Shown one piece after another: positions 29,609 through 38,242 of a DNA stretch of 60,172 nucleotides. The stretch is from the NCBI GenBank assembly GCA_046731495.1, contig JBKPLC010000031.1, positions 1-60,172 of the forward strand. Reading direction: 5' to 3'. Source of the DNA: Actinomycetota bacterium. GTDB lineage: Bacteria; Actinomycetota; Thermoleophilia; Solirubrobacterales; 70-9. The notes beneath the pieces were generated by a model. The model searched no databases. It was not told the DNA's origin and saw only the letters and a program-made list of their open reading frames with translations. How positions within the stretch are numbered: the stretch's first letter is position 1; each line of letters opens with the position of its first letter. Position numbers and translations under genes: made by a program.

Positions 29609-30748
29609 CTACCTCAGTCGCGGAAGGCCGAGGACGCGCTCGGCGATGATGTTCTTCAGCACCTCGGTGGTGCCGCCCTCGATCGAGTTGGCGCGCGAGC
29701 GCAGGAAGCGATAGCTCCAGTCCGTCCCGACGCGCATTCCCTCGGGCCCGAGCACCTCGTTGCCGAGCTCGGTGAGCGCCTGGTTGTAATCCGCCCATTC
29801 CCACTTCGAGAGCGAGCCCTCGGGACCGGGGATCCCGGTCTTCATCGTCTGGGTGAGGGCGCGCAGGGAGCCGAGGCGCATCGCCTCGATCCCGATCTGG
29901 AGCTCCGCGATTCGCTGGCGGATCAGCGGGTCGTCGTCGAGGCCCTGCTCGCGGACGACCGCGATCAGGTCCTCCATCGTGCGCTTCAGGCCGAGCACCG
30001 CGGCGGCGCCCAGGCCGGCGCGCTCGAACATCAGCGTGGTGATCGCGACCTGCCAGCCGCCCCCCACCTCGCCGATGACGTTCTCCTCGGGGATCTCGGC
30101 CTCCTCGAGGAAGATCTCGTTGAACTCGGCCTCGCCGGTGATCTGGCGGAGTGGCCGGACCTCGACGCTCGACTGCTCCATGTCGAGGATGAAGTAGGTG
30201 ATCCCCTTGTGCTTGGGGGCATCCTGGTCGGTGCGCGCCACGAGCATGCAGTACTTCGCCTCATGCGCGTAGGTGGTCCAGACCTTCTGGCCGGTCACCT
30301 TCCAGGTTCCGTTGGACTTGACCGCGCGGGTCTTGAGTGAGGCGAGGTCGGAACCGGACTCGGGCTCGGAGAAGCCCTGGCACCAGATCTCATCGCCGGA
30401 GAGAATCGGCTCGAGGTAGCGCTCCTTCTGCTCCTCGTTGCCGTACGCGATCACGACCGGCCCACCCATCACGAGGCCCAGCACGTTGGCGGGAGCTGGG
30501 ACGCGCTGGCGGGCGAGCTCCTCGTTGAAGATCGACTGCTCGATCAGCGTCGCGCCCTTGCCGCCGTACTCCTCGGGCCAGGATATGCCCGCCCAGCCGG
30601 CCTCGTGCATCCTCTTCTGCCAGGCGCGCCTGAACTCGAACTCGGCGGCGTCGTCGCCCTCGGGCGCGGGCCCGGGATGGTTCTCCTGAAGCCAGTTCCG
30701 CACCTCGTCCCTGAAGGCGGCCTCCGACTCGGTCAGGCTGAGGTCCAC
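29609..30748 (-). CDS. acyl-CoA dehydrogenase (alpha-type subunit candidate)
   Basis: ..CQGFSEPESGSD.. and a retained catalytic-base region ..RANSIEGGTTEV... Confidence 0.85.
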   Translation of the reverse strand: MDLSLTESEAAFRDEVRNWLQENHPGPAPEGDDAAEFEFRRAWQKRMHEAGWAGISWPEEYGGKGATLIEQSIFNEELARQRVPAPANVLGLVMGGPVVIAYGNEEQKERYLEPILSGDEIWCQGFSEPESGSDLASLKTRAVKSNGTWKVTGQKVWTTYAHEAKYCMLVARTDQDAPKHKGITYFILDMEQSSVEVRPLRQITGEAEFNEIFLEEAEIPEENVIGEVGGGWQVAITTLMFERAGLGAAAVLGLKRTMEDLIAVVREQGLDDDPLIRQRIAELQIGIEAMRLGSLRALTQTMKTGIPGPEGSLSKWEWADYNQALTELGNEVLGPEGMRVGTDWSYRFLRSRANSIEGGTTEVLKNIIAERVLGLPRLR

Positions 30749-30789
30749 ATTCCGGACTCTATATGACTGGCCGACTGGCCAGTCAGCGA

Positions 30790-31737
30790 TCAGTCGGCGC
30801 GGAGGATGAGCTTGTGTCTGGTGGTCCCGGGACTGCCGCCGACCGGGGAGAACTTGACTTTGACCGTCACCTTCGCCTTCCCTCTCGAGGCAAGCGCGTC
30901 CGCAGCACGGCCCTTGGGCTTGATCCTCACCTTCGTCTTCCCCGCTTTCGAAATCTTCTTGCTGATCCTGGCAACGCCAGCCGTAGCCTGCCTGGCCACG
31001 CCTTTGCCGGAGAGCGACAGCTTGCCCGGCCCGGGCACCTCGACCACGAGGAAGTAGATGCCCTTGAAGGGGCCTTGCAGCTTCCCGAACTTGAGCTTGG
31101 TGCTCGGCTCCACGACGGCGTTGACGAGCAGCTCGCAGTTGCTGTTCGCGTCGAAAACCTGCGGCGACCCGCCGTCGGCCGGGACGGGGTGCAAGGCGAC
31201 GTAGAAGGCGCCCTGGCCGCAGGCGCCCGGGAAGGCCGAGATTGCCCAGGTAGCGCTGGTGTTGATCCCCACGGCATCACCCACGTGAATCGCCGGGCCC
31301 GGGCCTGGGAAGAAGTACACACCCGGTGGCCCGACCGTGTTCTTCCCGTTAAGCGCCACCGTCGGGCCCGTGGCCACGCCGGCCGCTGTGTTGGTCCCTG
31401 GAATGAGCCTCCCGAGGCGGAAGGTAACCAGGTCGGTCGCGTTGCATGGTCCGATCACGGGGCCGCAGGTGACCCCGGTCCGGATCCCCCAGCCGACGAC
31501 GGTGCCATTGGTTGGCGACGTCGCCGGATACAGATTCCCGGCGTGGACGTTGGCCGTAAGCAGGGTGCACGGCGCGGTCGACAGCTGGCAGGTGTTTGCA
31601 CTGGACGTCGGCGTCCGGCTGAGGTCGCTCCCGACCGTGATCGTCGCCTGGGAGATCGCCGGCGCGAGCGCGGCCGTCGCAAGAGCCAGTCCCGCAAGCT
31701 CGGCGGTCCTTCGCCCAAATCTGCGTGGAAGCGTCAA
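30790..31737 (-). CDS. secreted hypothetical protein with Lys-rich beta-type C-terminal module (paralogue of 34111..34941)
   Basis: TTG 31737 with GAGGGGAAG 2 nt upstream. Signal peptide ..RRFGRRTAELAGLALATAALAPAISQA|TITVG. C-terminal ..VEVPGPGKLSLSGKGV..KVRIKPKGR..KVTVKVKFSPVGGSPGTTRHKL... Confidence 0.6.
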   Translation of the reverse strand: MTLPRRFGRRTAELAGLALATAALAPAISQATITVGSDLSRTPTSSANTCQLSTAPCTLLTANVHAGNLYPATSPTNGTVVGWGIRTGVTCGPVIGPCNATDLVTFRLGRLIPGTNTAAGVATGPTVALNGKNTVGPPGVYFFPGPGPAIHVGDAVGINTSATWAISAFPGACGQGAFYVALHPVPADGGSPQVFDANSNCELLVNAVVEPSTKLKFGKLQGPFKGIYFLVVEVPGPGKLSLSGKGVARQATAGVARISKKISKAGKTKVRIKPKGRAADALASRGKAKVTVKVKFSPVGGSPGTTRHKLILRAD

Positions 31738-31793
31738 GTCTTCCCCTCGCGTCGGGGCGAGCCTAACACGGGGTCCGCCCGCATACTTGAGCC

Positions 31794-32756
31794 GTGGGGG
31801 CATTTCTCGAGCGCATCGGGGTCGAGCTGCCCGTGGTGCAGGCGGGCATGGGCGGTGGCATGGCGGGCGCTGATCTGGCGGCGGCCGTCTCCGAGGCCGG
31901 CGGGCTCGGGACGATCGGGATCCTCGGCCCGGAGCAGCTGCGCGAGGAGGTGGAGGCGGCGCGGCGGCGAACCGGCCGGCCGATCGCGGTCAATCTCCTC
32001 CTCGAGTTCGCGCGCCCGGCCCACTTCGAGGTGGCAGAGCAGGCCGACGTCCTGGTCACGTTCTGGGGCAAGCCGCGGAGGAGGACGTCGCGAACCTGGA
32101 TCCATCAGGTCGGCTCGGTCGACGAGGCGCTCGCAGCGCAGCGCGCGGGTGCCGACGCCGTGATCGCTCAGGGCGTCGAGGCCGGCGGGCATGTCCGAGG
32201 GACGATCGCCGCCGGGGAGCTGCTGGAGCGGGTCCGGAGCGCCGTCGGGCCGAGCTACCCCGTACTCGGCGCAGGCGGCGTCGCCGATGCGAGCGACGCC
32301 GGACGGCGGCTGGAGGCCGGAGCGGAGGCAGTCGTGTCGGGCACGCGCTTCCTGATGAGCGAGGAGAGCGGCGGACACCCCGACTACAAGGCCCGGCTGA
32401 TCGAGGCCCGCGAAACCGTGCTCACCGAGCTCTTCGGCCTCGGCTGGCCGGCGCCGCACCGGGTGGTGCCGAACGCCGCGACCGAGCGCTGGCTGCGCCG
32501 CGATCCGCGCGGCCCCGGCTGGGTGCGGGCGATCCACCGGCTGTCGTCGCTGGGCGCTTCCCGTGTGCCCGCTGGGGTCCAGCTTCGCCTGGCGGCCTCC
32601 CAGCGGCCGAGCCTACCCCTGTTCAGCCCGGCCGCGGCGACCGTCGACGGGCCACGGAACCTGGTCGATGCCGGCCCGCTCTACGCAGGGCAGAGCGTCG
32701 CCCGGATCGAGGACATCCGCCCGGCGGCGGAGTTGGTGCGCGCGCTCACGCCCTAG
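31794..32756 (+). CDS. nitronate monooxygenase (NMO/2-nitropropane dioxygenase) family protein
   Basis: ..LPVVQAGMGGG.., ..AQGVEAGGH.. and ..GAGGV.. FMN-binding motifs. Confidence 0.8.
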   Translation: MGAFLERIGVELPVVQAGMGGGMAGADLAAAVSEAGGLGTIGILGPEQLREEVEAARRRTGRPIAVNLLLEFARPAHFEVAEQADVLVTFWGKPRRRTSRTWIHQVGSVDEALAAQRAGADAVIAQGVEAGGHVRGTIAAGELLERVRSAVGPSYPVLGAGGVADASDAGRRLEAGAEAVVSGTRFLMSEESGGHPDYKARLIEARETVLTELFGLGWPAPHRVVPNAATERWLRRDPRGPGWVRAIHRLSSLGASRVPAGVQLRLAASQRPSLPLFSPAAATVDGPRNLVDAGPLYAGQSVARIEDIRPAAELVRALTP

Positions 32757-32775
32757 GCCGCCACGCGACAGACAA

Positions 32776-33222
32776 TCAGTCGACGAACGTGTAATCGCGC
32801 CTGATCCGCCCGTCGGCGCCGACCACGAGGAGGTTGAGGCCGGCACCCATAACTTCGCCGTCCCCGTTGACCGCCTCCCAGTGGAACTTGACGACGTCGT
32901 GGACGCGATCGGCGTCGTCCCGCCGCCGGAAGCTCCACCCCTCCGTCGCGACCCACTGCTCGTATGCCGAGGTCGCGCGAGCATCGATCTCGGCGTGGCC
33001 CCGCACCTCGATGATCGCGCTCCCCCCGACTCCCGGTCCCGCTGCAATCCGCCGGGCCTCCTCGGGCGGCTGCAGGACGTGCTCGCCGTCCTCGCTCCAG
33101 AGCCCCGCAATAAGCTCGCGCCGGCGCTCGGGGTCGCCCTCGTTCCAGAGCGCGACATAGCGATCGGCCAGCTCCGCCGCACTCTGCTGTGCGTTGTCGA
33201 TGTATTCCGTTGCCTGGTCCAT
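32776..33222 (-). CDS. SnoaL-like / NTF2-fold protein
   Basis: 148 aa with GGAGG 6 nt upstream of the ATG. ..YVALWNEGD.. is a typical SnoaL-like N-terminal helix. Confidence 0.65.
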   Translation of the reverse strand: MDQATEYIDNAQQSAAELADRYVALWNEGDPERRRELIAGLWSEDGEHVLQPPEEARRIAAGPGVGGSAIIEVRGHAEIDARATSAYEQWVATEGWSFRRRDDADRVHDVVKFHWEAVNGDGEVMGAGLNLLVVGADGRIRRDYTFVD

Positions 33223-33248
33223 CGGTTGCCTCCGTCGGTTCGTTGACG

Positions 33249-34109
33249 ATGAAGGCCAGGCTCCCGGAGAAGGGGTCCGGAGTCGATTACCTCCTATGTA
33301 ACGTTGCCCTGGTGGCCGTTCAGACGGAGCAGGAGCCGCAAACGGCGGGCGAGCTGATTCGCTTCTGGCGCACCCGACGCGGCCTGAGCCAGCTCGGCCT
33401 TGCGCTCGAAGCGAACGTCTCGACCAAGCACCTGAGCTTCATCGAGACCGGCCGATCACAGCCCAGTCGCCAGCTCCTCGTCCACCTTGCCCAGGAGCTC
33501 GACCTGCCGATCGCCGACCGCAACCGACTGCTGCTCGCCGGCGGCTTCGCGCCGCCCTACCTCGAGCAGCCATACGACGGGAAGCTGATGCAGCCGTTGC
33601 GGGAATCCGTGCGGCGGCTGCTCGTGGCACACGAGCCCAACCCGGCGTTGATCGTCGATGGGCTCTGGAACCTGATCGATTCGAACGAGGCCGCCTCCCT
33701 GCTCTGGGAGGGCGTCGAGCCGGAGCTGCTCGAGCCCCCGATCAACATGCTTCGTCTCGGCGTTCATCCTGGAGGCCTGCCGCGGATCTCTTCGATGACC
33801 GCGGCCTGCAACGTGCCCCTGATCCAGAAGCTGAAGCGCAAGAGCCGGGAGGACGCCGATTCGGCGCTGCGCGACCTGATTGAGGAGGTCGAGGGCTATC
33901 TGCCGGACGAGCCTCCCAGCGGAGTCGCGACCCAGCCGGTCGTCTCACTCGACCTAAGGACGCGCCTCGGCGACGTCCGCCTCTTCACAGTGATCGCCAC
34001 CCTCGGCGCGCCGCTCGAGGTGACGGCCGCCAATCTGGCCATCGAGACCTTCCTGCCGATGGACGCCGACAGCGCCGCGCGCCTGGCGGAGCTCAGCGAC
34101 TCCGCTTGA
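33249..34109 (+). CDS. XRE-family HTH regulator with MmyB-like C-terminal ligand domain
   Basis: HTH ..LIRFWRTRRGLSQLGLALEANVSTKHLSFIETGRSQPS.. followed by an MmyB-like region. The start is uncertain: ATG 33249, or in-frame starts up- or downstream. Confidence 0.75.
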   Translation: MKARLPEKGSGVDYLLCNVALVAVQTEQEPQTAGELIRFWRTRRGLSQLGLALEANVSTKHLSFIETGRSQPSRQLLVHLAQELDLPIADRNRLLLAGGFAPPYLEQPYDGKLMQPLRESVRRLLVAHEPNPALIVDGLWNLIDSNEAASLLWEGVEPELLEPPINMLRLGVHPGGLPRISSMTAACNVPLIQKLKRKSREDADSALRDLIEEVEGYLPDEPPSGVATQPVVSLDLRTRLGDVRLFTVIATLGAPLEVTAANLAIETFLPMDADSAARLAELSDSA

Positions 34110-34110
34110 T

Positions 34111-34941
34111 CTAGAGCTTCCTGAGCTTCAGCTTCCTTGACTGCGTGCTCGGGTCGCCGCCGGTCGGGGTGTAGGTGATCTTCAGCTTGACCCTGACCCG
34201 GCCCGTCTCGTTCAGCGTCTCCCGCTTCTTCCCCTTGGCCCTGATCGGCAGCCTTGCAATGCCTGGCGCGGTCACGGCGACGGCGCGGCTGGCGCCTACC
34301 CCCTTCACGCCATTGCCCGAGAGCACGAGCTCGCCGGGGTTGGGGACGTTGACCTTGAGGGTGGCCGTGCCCTTCTTCCTATGCAGGTTGACCCCGCGGA
34401 GCGTGAACACGTTCGTGGGCACGAAAACGGCGGTGACGTTCAGGCGCCGATCAGGGTCGGGATCGAAGACGCCGGACTGACCGTCAGCGAGATTCCCGTT
34501 GCGCCTGAGAAACGCGTCAGGCGCCGCGAAGAACCAGGCCTTTGCCGGGGGAGCCACGCTGAAGAAGAGCCCGATGACGTCGCCGGGCTTCACCCCGATG
34601 TTCGCCGGGAACGTGTTGACGGCGCCACCCGTCAGGGAACGAGGGCCGTCGTGGCCAACGACCATGTAGGTCGACCCAGTGACCCGGCGGAATACCTTGA
34701 ACGTCATCGTCTGCCCGGAATCCGCGGCGGCGTTGTGACTCCACGAGGTGATCGTCCCGCTGCCCGGGGCTGCGTAGGAGTTGCCGGAGGTCACGGACGG
34801 CTGAAGGACGTCGAGCGTCCCACTGGGGTCGGCGAAGCCCATTGGGGTCCCGGGGGCAAGCTGCCCAATCGTCACCGAAGCGGCGGCGGGGGAAGCGCCG
34901 GCGATCAGCAAGACAGCCGCGATGCACGCGGCCCTTCTCAG
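34111..34941 (-). CDS. secreted hypothetical protein, paralogue of 30790..31737 (same C-terminal Lys-rich module)
   Basis: The track ORF starts at TTG 34911 inside the hydrophobic core of a signal peptide. The full signal peptide (L)RRAACIAAVLLIAGASPAAA|SVTIGQ is reached only from CTG 34941 (GGGGA 8 nt upstream). The 5' end is therefore uncertain. Confidence 0.55.
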   Translation of the reverse strand: MRRAACIAAVLLIAGASPAAASVTIGQLAPGTPMGFADPSGTLDVLQPSVTSGNSYAAPGSGTITSWSHNAAADSGQTMTFKVFRRVTGSTYMVVGHDGPRSLTGGAVNTFPANIGVKPGDVIGLFFSVAPPAKAWFFAAPDAFLRRNGNLADGQSGVFDPDPDRRLNVTAVFVPTNVFTLRGVNLHRKKGTATLKVNVPNPGELVLSGNGVKGVGASRAVAVTAPGIARLPIRAKGKKRETLNETGRVRVKLKITYTPTGGDPSTQSRKLKLRKL

Positions 34942-34994
34942 CCGGGTAGTCCCCGTTGCACGCTCCGCCTGGCCATCCTATCCCGGTGCCGGGG

Positions 34995-35948
34995 TCAGTG
35001 GTAAATGAGCAACAGGACCAGCGCCGAGACCACCCAGACGACCGCGGCCCCGATCATCCCCGGGTCCTCGAGGAGGATCGCGTCTGTCGAGCGGGTGTCC
35101 TTGCGGTCGTAGATCAGATAGAGGTAGCGGAAGATTCCGTAGACCACCGGGGGCAGGGTGCCCAGCATCTTCGAGCCGATCAGCGGCGAGTTGACCGCGT
35201 AGATCGCGTAGCTCATCACCGTCGCGGCGGTGACCATCGCGACCATCTGGTCGAGGAAGGGGATCGAGTAGTGCTCGAGCACCGGCCGCGACGAGGTGCC
35301 GGAGTGAAGCTCCGAGGTCGCCTCCTGGCGGCGCTTGGTGAAGCCGAGGAAGAGCGCGACCATCCCGGTGCAGAGGAGCAGGAACGCCGACGCGTCGGCG
35401 TCTACCGCGACGGCGCCGGCGAGCACCCGCAGGACGAAGAGACCGGCGATCGTCATCACGTCGAGGATCACCTCGTGCTTGAGCACGTACGAGTAGAGCG
35501 TGGTCCCGACCCCGTAGGCAAGCACAAGCCCACCCACCTCCAGGCTTACGAGCACCGCGGAGCCCGCCAGGGCGAGCACCGCGAGCACGACCGCCATGCC
35601 GATCGCGGTCGGGATCGCCAGCTCGCCCGCGGCGATCGGCCGGAACCGCTTCTTCGGGTGCTGGCGGTCCTCCGCGACGTCGTGCGCGTCATTGACCAGG
35701 TAGCCGGCCGAGGCGACCATGCAGAACGCGGCGAAGGTGAGGCTGGCGTCCACCACCGCGTCGAACTCCTTGAACTTCGCCGAGAAGAGCAGGCCGGCGA
35801 AGACCAGCGAGTTCTTGACCCACTCCTGCGGGCGCAGGGCGACGATCGCCGCGTGCACGCGTCCGCGACGGGGCTTCGAGGTCGGGGCACCGGCGGCAAC
35901 CTCCGCCACCGGCGGCTCCGGCCTCTCCCTGGTCAGGGGGCCGGCCAT
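34995..35948 (-). CDS. UbiA-family decaprenyl-phosphate phosphoribosyltransferase (DPPR synthase)-like enzyme
   Basis: ..LRPQEWVKNSLVF.. and YLVNDAHDVAEDRQHPKKRFRPIAAG closely match the Rv3806c-type signature as I recall it. About 8-9 TM segments. Confidence 0.8.
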   Translation of the reverse strand: MAGPLTRERPEPPVAEVAAGAPTSKPRRGRVHAAIVALRPQEWVKNSLVFAGLLFSAKFKEFDAVVDASLTFAAFCMVASAGYLVNDAHDVAEDRQHPKKRFRPIAAGELAIPTAIGMAVVLAVLALAGSAVLVSLEVGGLVLAYGVGTTLYSYVLKHEVILDVMTIAGLFVLRVLAGAVAVDADASAFLLLCTGMVALFLGFTKRRQEATSELHSGTSSRPVLEHYSIPFLDQMVAMVTAATVMSYAIYAVNSPLIGSKMLGTLPPVVYGIFRYLYLIYDRKDTRSTDAILLEDPGMIGAAVVWVVSALVLLLIYH

Positions 35949-35969
35949 GGTCGCGAAGGGTAGTGGCGA

Positions 35970-37601
35970 TCAGGGGTCGATCAGCACGCCGGGGTTCAGC
36001 ACAGCCTTGGGGTCCAGCGCGGCCTTTGCCGCCCGAAGCGCGGCGGCAAACTGATCGGGGCGCTGGCGGTCGTACCAGGGGCGGTGGTCGCGGCCGATGG
36101 CGTGATGGTGCGTGATCGTGCCGCCGGCATCGATCACGGCGTCCGAGACCGCCGCCTTGATCTCGTCCCACTGCTCGAGCTCCGCGCCACGCCGTGCCGG
36201 CGCGAGCACCGTGTAGTAGGGCGCCGGCCCATCGGGATAGACGTGCGTGAAGCGGCAGCTGATCCGCGGCTCGCCCCTGCCGGCCGGGGACGCCGCGGCC
36301 ACCGCGCGCTGGGCAGTCTCCATGACCTCCGCGTGGAAGTCGGCGAACCGGTCCCAGGTGATCGCGGTTTCGAAGGTGTCGGAGAGGATCCCGCAGGCGA
36401 CCAGCGAGTCGCGGAGATAGGGCGCCTGGAGGAACGCGTTCCGCCAGGAGCTCACGGAGTCTTGGCCGTCGCCTTTCGACTTGGTGCCTCGGATCTCGCC
36501 CGGCTCGCCGCCGTGGCCGCGCGCGGCGTCCAGTGCGATCGACATCGGCTCGTCCACCGGGTGGTGCGCCGACTCGAAGCCGAGCACCAGCAGCGCCTTG
36601 CCGGGCGGGCCCGAGGAGGTGGTGTCGGACTCGACCGCGTCGAGCAATCGGCAGTTGGATGGGTTGAGGCCGGACTGGGCGATCTCGCGGACCGCCTCGG
36701 CGGCGGCCGCGAACTCCTCGAAGGCGACGCCGCAGGAGAGCTTGAAGGTCGGCCGCTCCCTGACGCGGACCCAGGCCTCCGTGATCACCGCGAGGATCCC
36801 CTCCGAGCCGATCAGCATCCGGTCGGGGCTCGGCCCTGCGCCGGAGCCCGGCAGGCGCCGGCTCTCCCAGTCGCCGCCGAGCGTCACCGCCCGGATCGAC
36901 TCGACCAGGTCGTCGATGTGCGTGTAGAGCGTCGCGAAGTGGCCTCCGGCGCGGGTGGCGATCCAGCCGCCCAGCGTCGAGTACTCGAACGACTGCGGGA
37001 AGTGGCGAAGCGTCAGGCCGTGCTCGCGGAGCTGGTCCTCGAGGCGCGGCCCGGTCGCGCCGGCCTGGATCCGAGCCGCCTTCGAGACAGGGTCGACCTC
37101 CAGCACCCGGTCCATTCGCCGCAGGTCGATCGTGACCACGGCGGGGTACTCATCGCGCATCCGCGGCTCGACCCCGCCGACGACGCTCGTTCCGCCCCCG
37201 TAGGGAATCGCCGCCGCCTTCTCGTCGTCGCACCAGTTGAGGACCGCGTCGACATCCTCGGGCGATTCCGGATAGGCGACCAGGTCGGGAGGATTTGCGA
37301 ACTCGCCGCGGAAGCCGCGGACCACGTCGCGGTAGGCCTTGCCAAGGGCGTGCGCAATCCGGTCATAGCGGTCGTCCGAGAACATCTCGGCGAGCTCCTT
37401 CGGCGGCGCGAGCCGCGATTCCGGGAGCTCGACTGCGTCGAGCTGCACGGGCTCCTCGATCTCGTCGACGGTGAACCCGAGGTGGTCCGTCAGCCCCTTG
37501 GCGATCCCCTGGATCTGATCGCGCGAGGCCTGCTGATCCTCGTAACCCCAACCCCAGTGCTTGAGGCGACGGCTCGCCGGCTTGGTCGCCGGTTCGGTCA
37601 G
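35970..37601 (-). CDS. FAD-linked oxidase, alkyl-dihydroxyacetonephosphate synthase (AGPS/AgpS)-like
   Basis: ..IPYGGGTSVVGG.., ..FEYSTLGGWIATRAGG.., ..DTFETAITWDR.. and ..THHHAIGRDH.. parallel AGPS. The track ORF starts at GTG 37448, but the family N-terminal motif KHWGWGYED is encoded upstream (37535-37561). The extension is reachable only from CTG 37601/37604. Confidence 0.75.
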   Translation of the reverse strand: MTEPATKPASRRLKHWGWGYEDQQASRDQIQGIAKGLTDHLGFTVDEIEEPVQLDAVELPESRLAPPKELAEMFSDDRYDRIAHALGKAYRDVVRGFRGEFANPPDLVAYPESPEDVDAVLNWCDDEKAAAIPYGGGTSVVGGVEPRMRDEYPAVVTIDLRRMDRVLEVDPVSKAARIQAGATGPRLEDQLREHGLTLRHFPQSFEYSTLGGWIATRAGGHFATLYTHIDDLVESIRAVTLGGDWESRRLPGSGAGPSPDRMLIGSEGILAVITEAWVRVRERPTFKLSCGVAFEEFAAAAEAVREIAQSGLNPSNCRLLDAVESDTTSSGPPGKALLVLGFESAHHPVDEPMSIALDAARGHGGEPGEIRGTKSKGDGQDSVSSWRNAFLQAPYLRDSLVACGILSDTFETAITWDRFADFHAEVMETAQRAVAAASPAGRGEPRISCRFTHVYPDGPAPYYTVLAPARRGAELEQWDEIKAAVSDAVIDAGGTITHHHAIGRDHRPWYDRQRPDQFAAALRAAKAALDPKAVLNPGVLIDP

Positions 37602-38242
37602 CAGCTCACCGGCGCGACGTCGATTGGATCGACGCGCGCTCGATCGCTGCCGGAGCCGCAGAGGATCCGCTGGTCGCGCTCGCCGTCCCGCGCCAGCAGC
37701 AGGTCGGAGCCGCCTCCGCCCGCCAGGAAGTCCTTGCCGGGCCCGCCCTTCAGCCTGTCGTTGCCGGCGCCTCCATAGAGCGCGTCGTTTCCGTCGCGGC
37801 CGAGGATCCGATCCGCGCCGCCCTCGCCGCGGAGCTGGTTGCCGCCGTGGTTGGCCGAGCCGAGCAGCCGGTCGTTGCCGGCGCCGGCGAGTGCCTCCCC
37901 GGCGTCGTTCGCCTGCATCGAGAGGAAAGCGATCTTGTCGTCCCCGGTGCCGGTCCGGATCTCGACCGAGGTGCCACCCGAGCGATGGCAGCTGACGGTC
38001 GCCGGGTTGGCCGCCACGCAGCTCGGCTGCAGGCTCTGGATGCCGGCCGGATCGTGCAGGACATAGGAGCCGCTCACGAACGAGACGGTGATCGTGTGGT
38101 CCTGACCATCGCTCACGGACGCTTCGATGCTGTCCCCGCCGGTGTTGTCCGCGATCACCAGGGGCGCGCCCGACGCCGCGGCGGGCAGCAGCGCGACCGC
38201 GAGCAGCGCGAGCAGAGAGGCGGTGAGCCGCCGGGCTACCAG
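37598..38242 (-). CDS. secreted hemolysin-type calcium-binding (RTX-like GGxGxD repeat) protein
   Basis: Repeats GAGNDRLLG, GEGGADRILGRDGNDALYGGAGNDRLKGGPGKDFLAGGGGSD. The track start is GTG 38158. The signal peptide (L)VARRLTASLLALLAVALLPAAASGA lies upstream and is reachable only from CTG 38242, which has GAGGAG 4 nt upstream. Confidence 0.6.
   Translation of the reverse strand: MVARRLTASLLALLAVALLPAAASGAPLVIADNTGGDSIEASVSDGQDHTITVSFVSGSYVLHDPAGIQSLQPSCVAANPATVSCHRSGGTSVEIRTGTGDDKIAFLSMQANDAGEALAGAGNDRLLGSANHGGNQLRGEGGADRILGRDGNDALYGGAGNDRLKGGPGKDFLAGGGGSDLLLARDGERDQRILCGSGSDRARVDPIDVAPVSC

Noticed and set aside
36084-37778. 564-aa plus-strand ORF.
   Set aside because: It is antisense to the AGPS-like gene, which has unmistakable family motifs on the minus strand.
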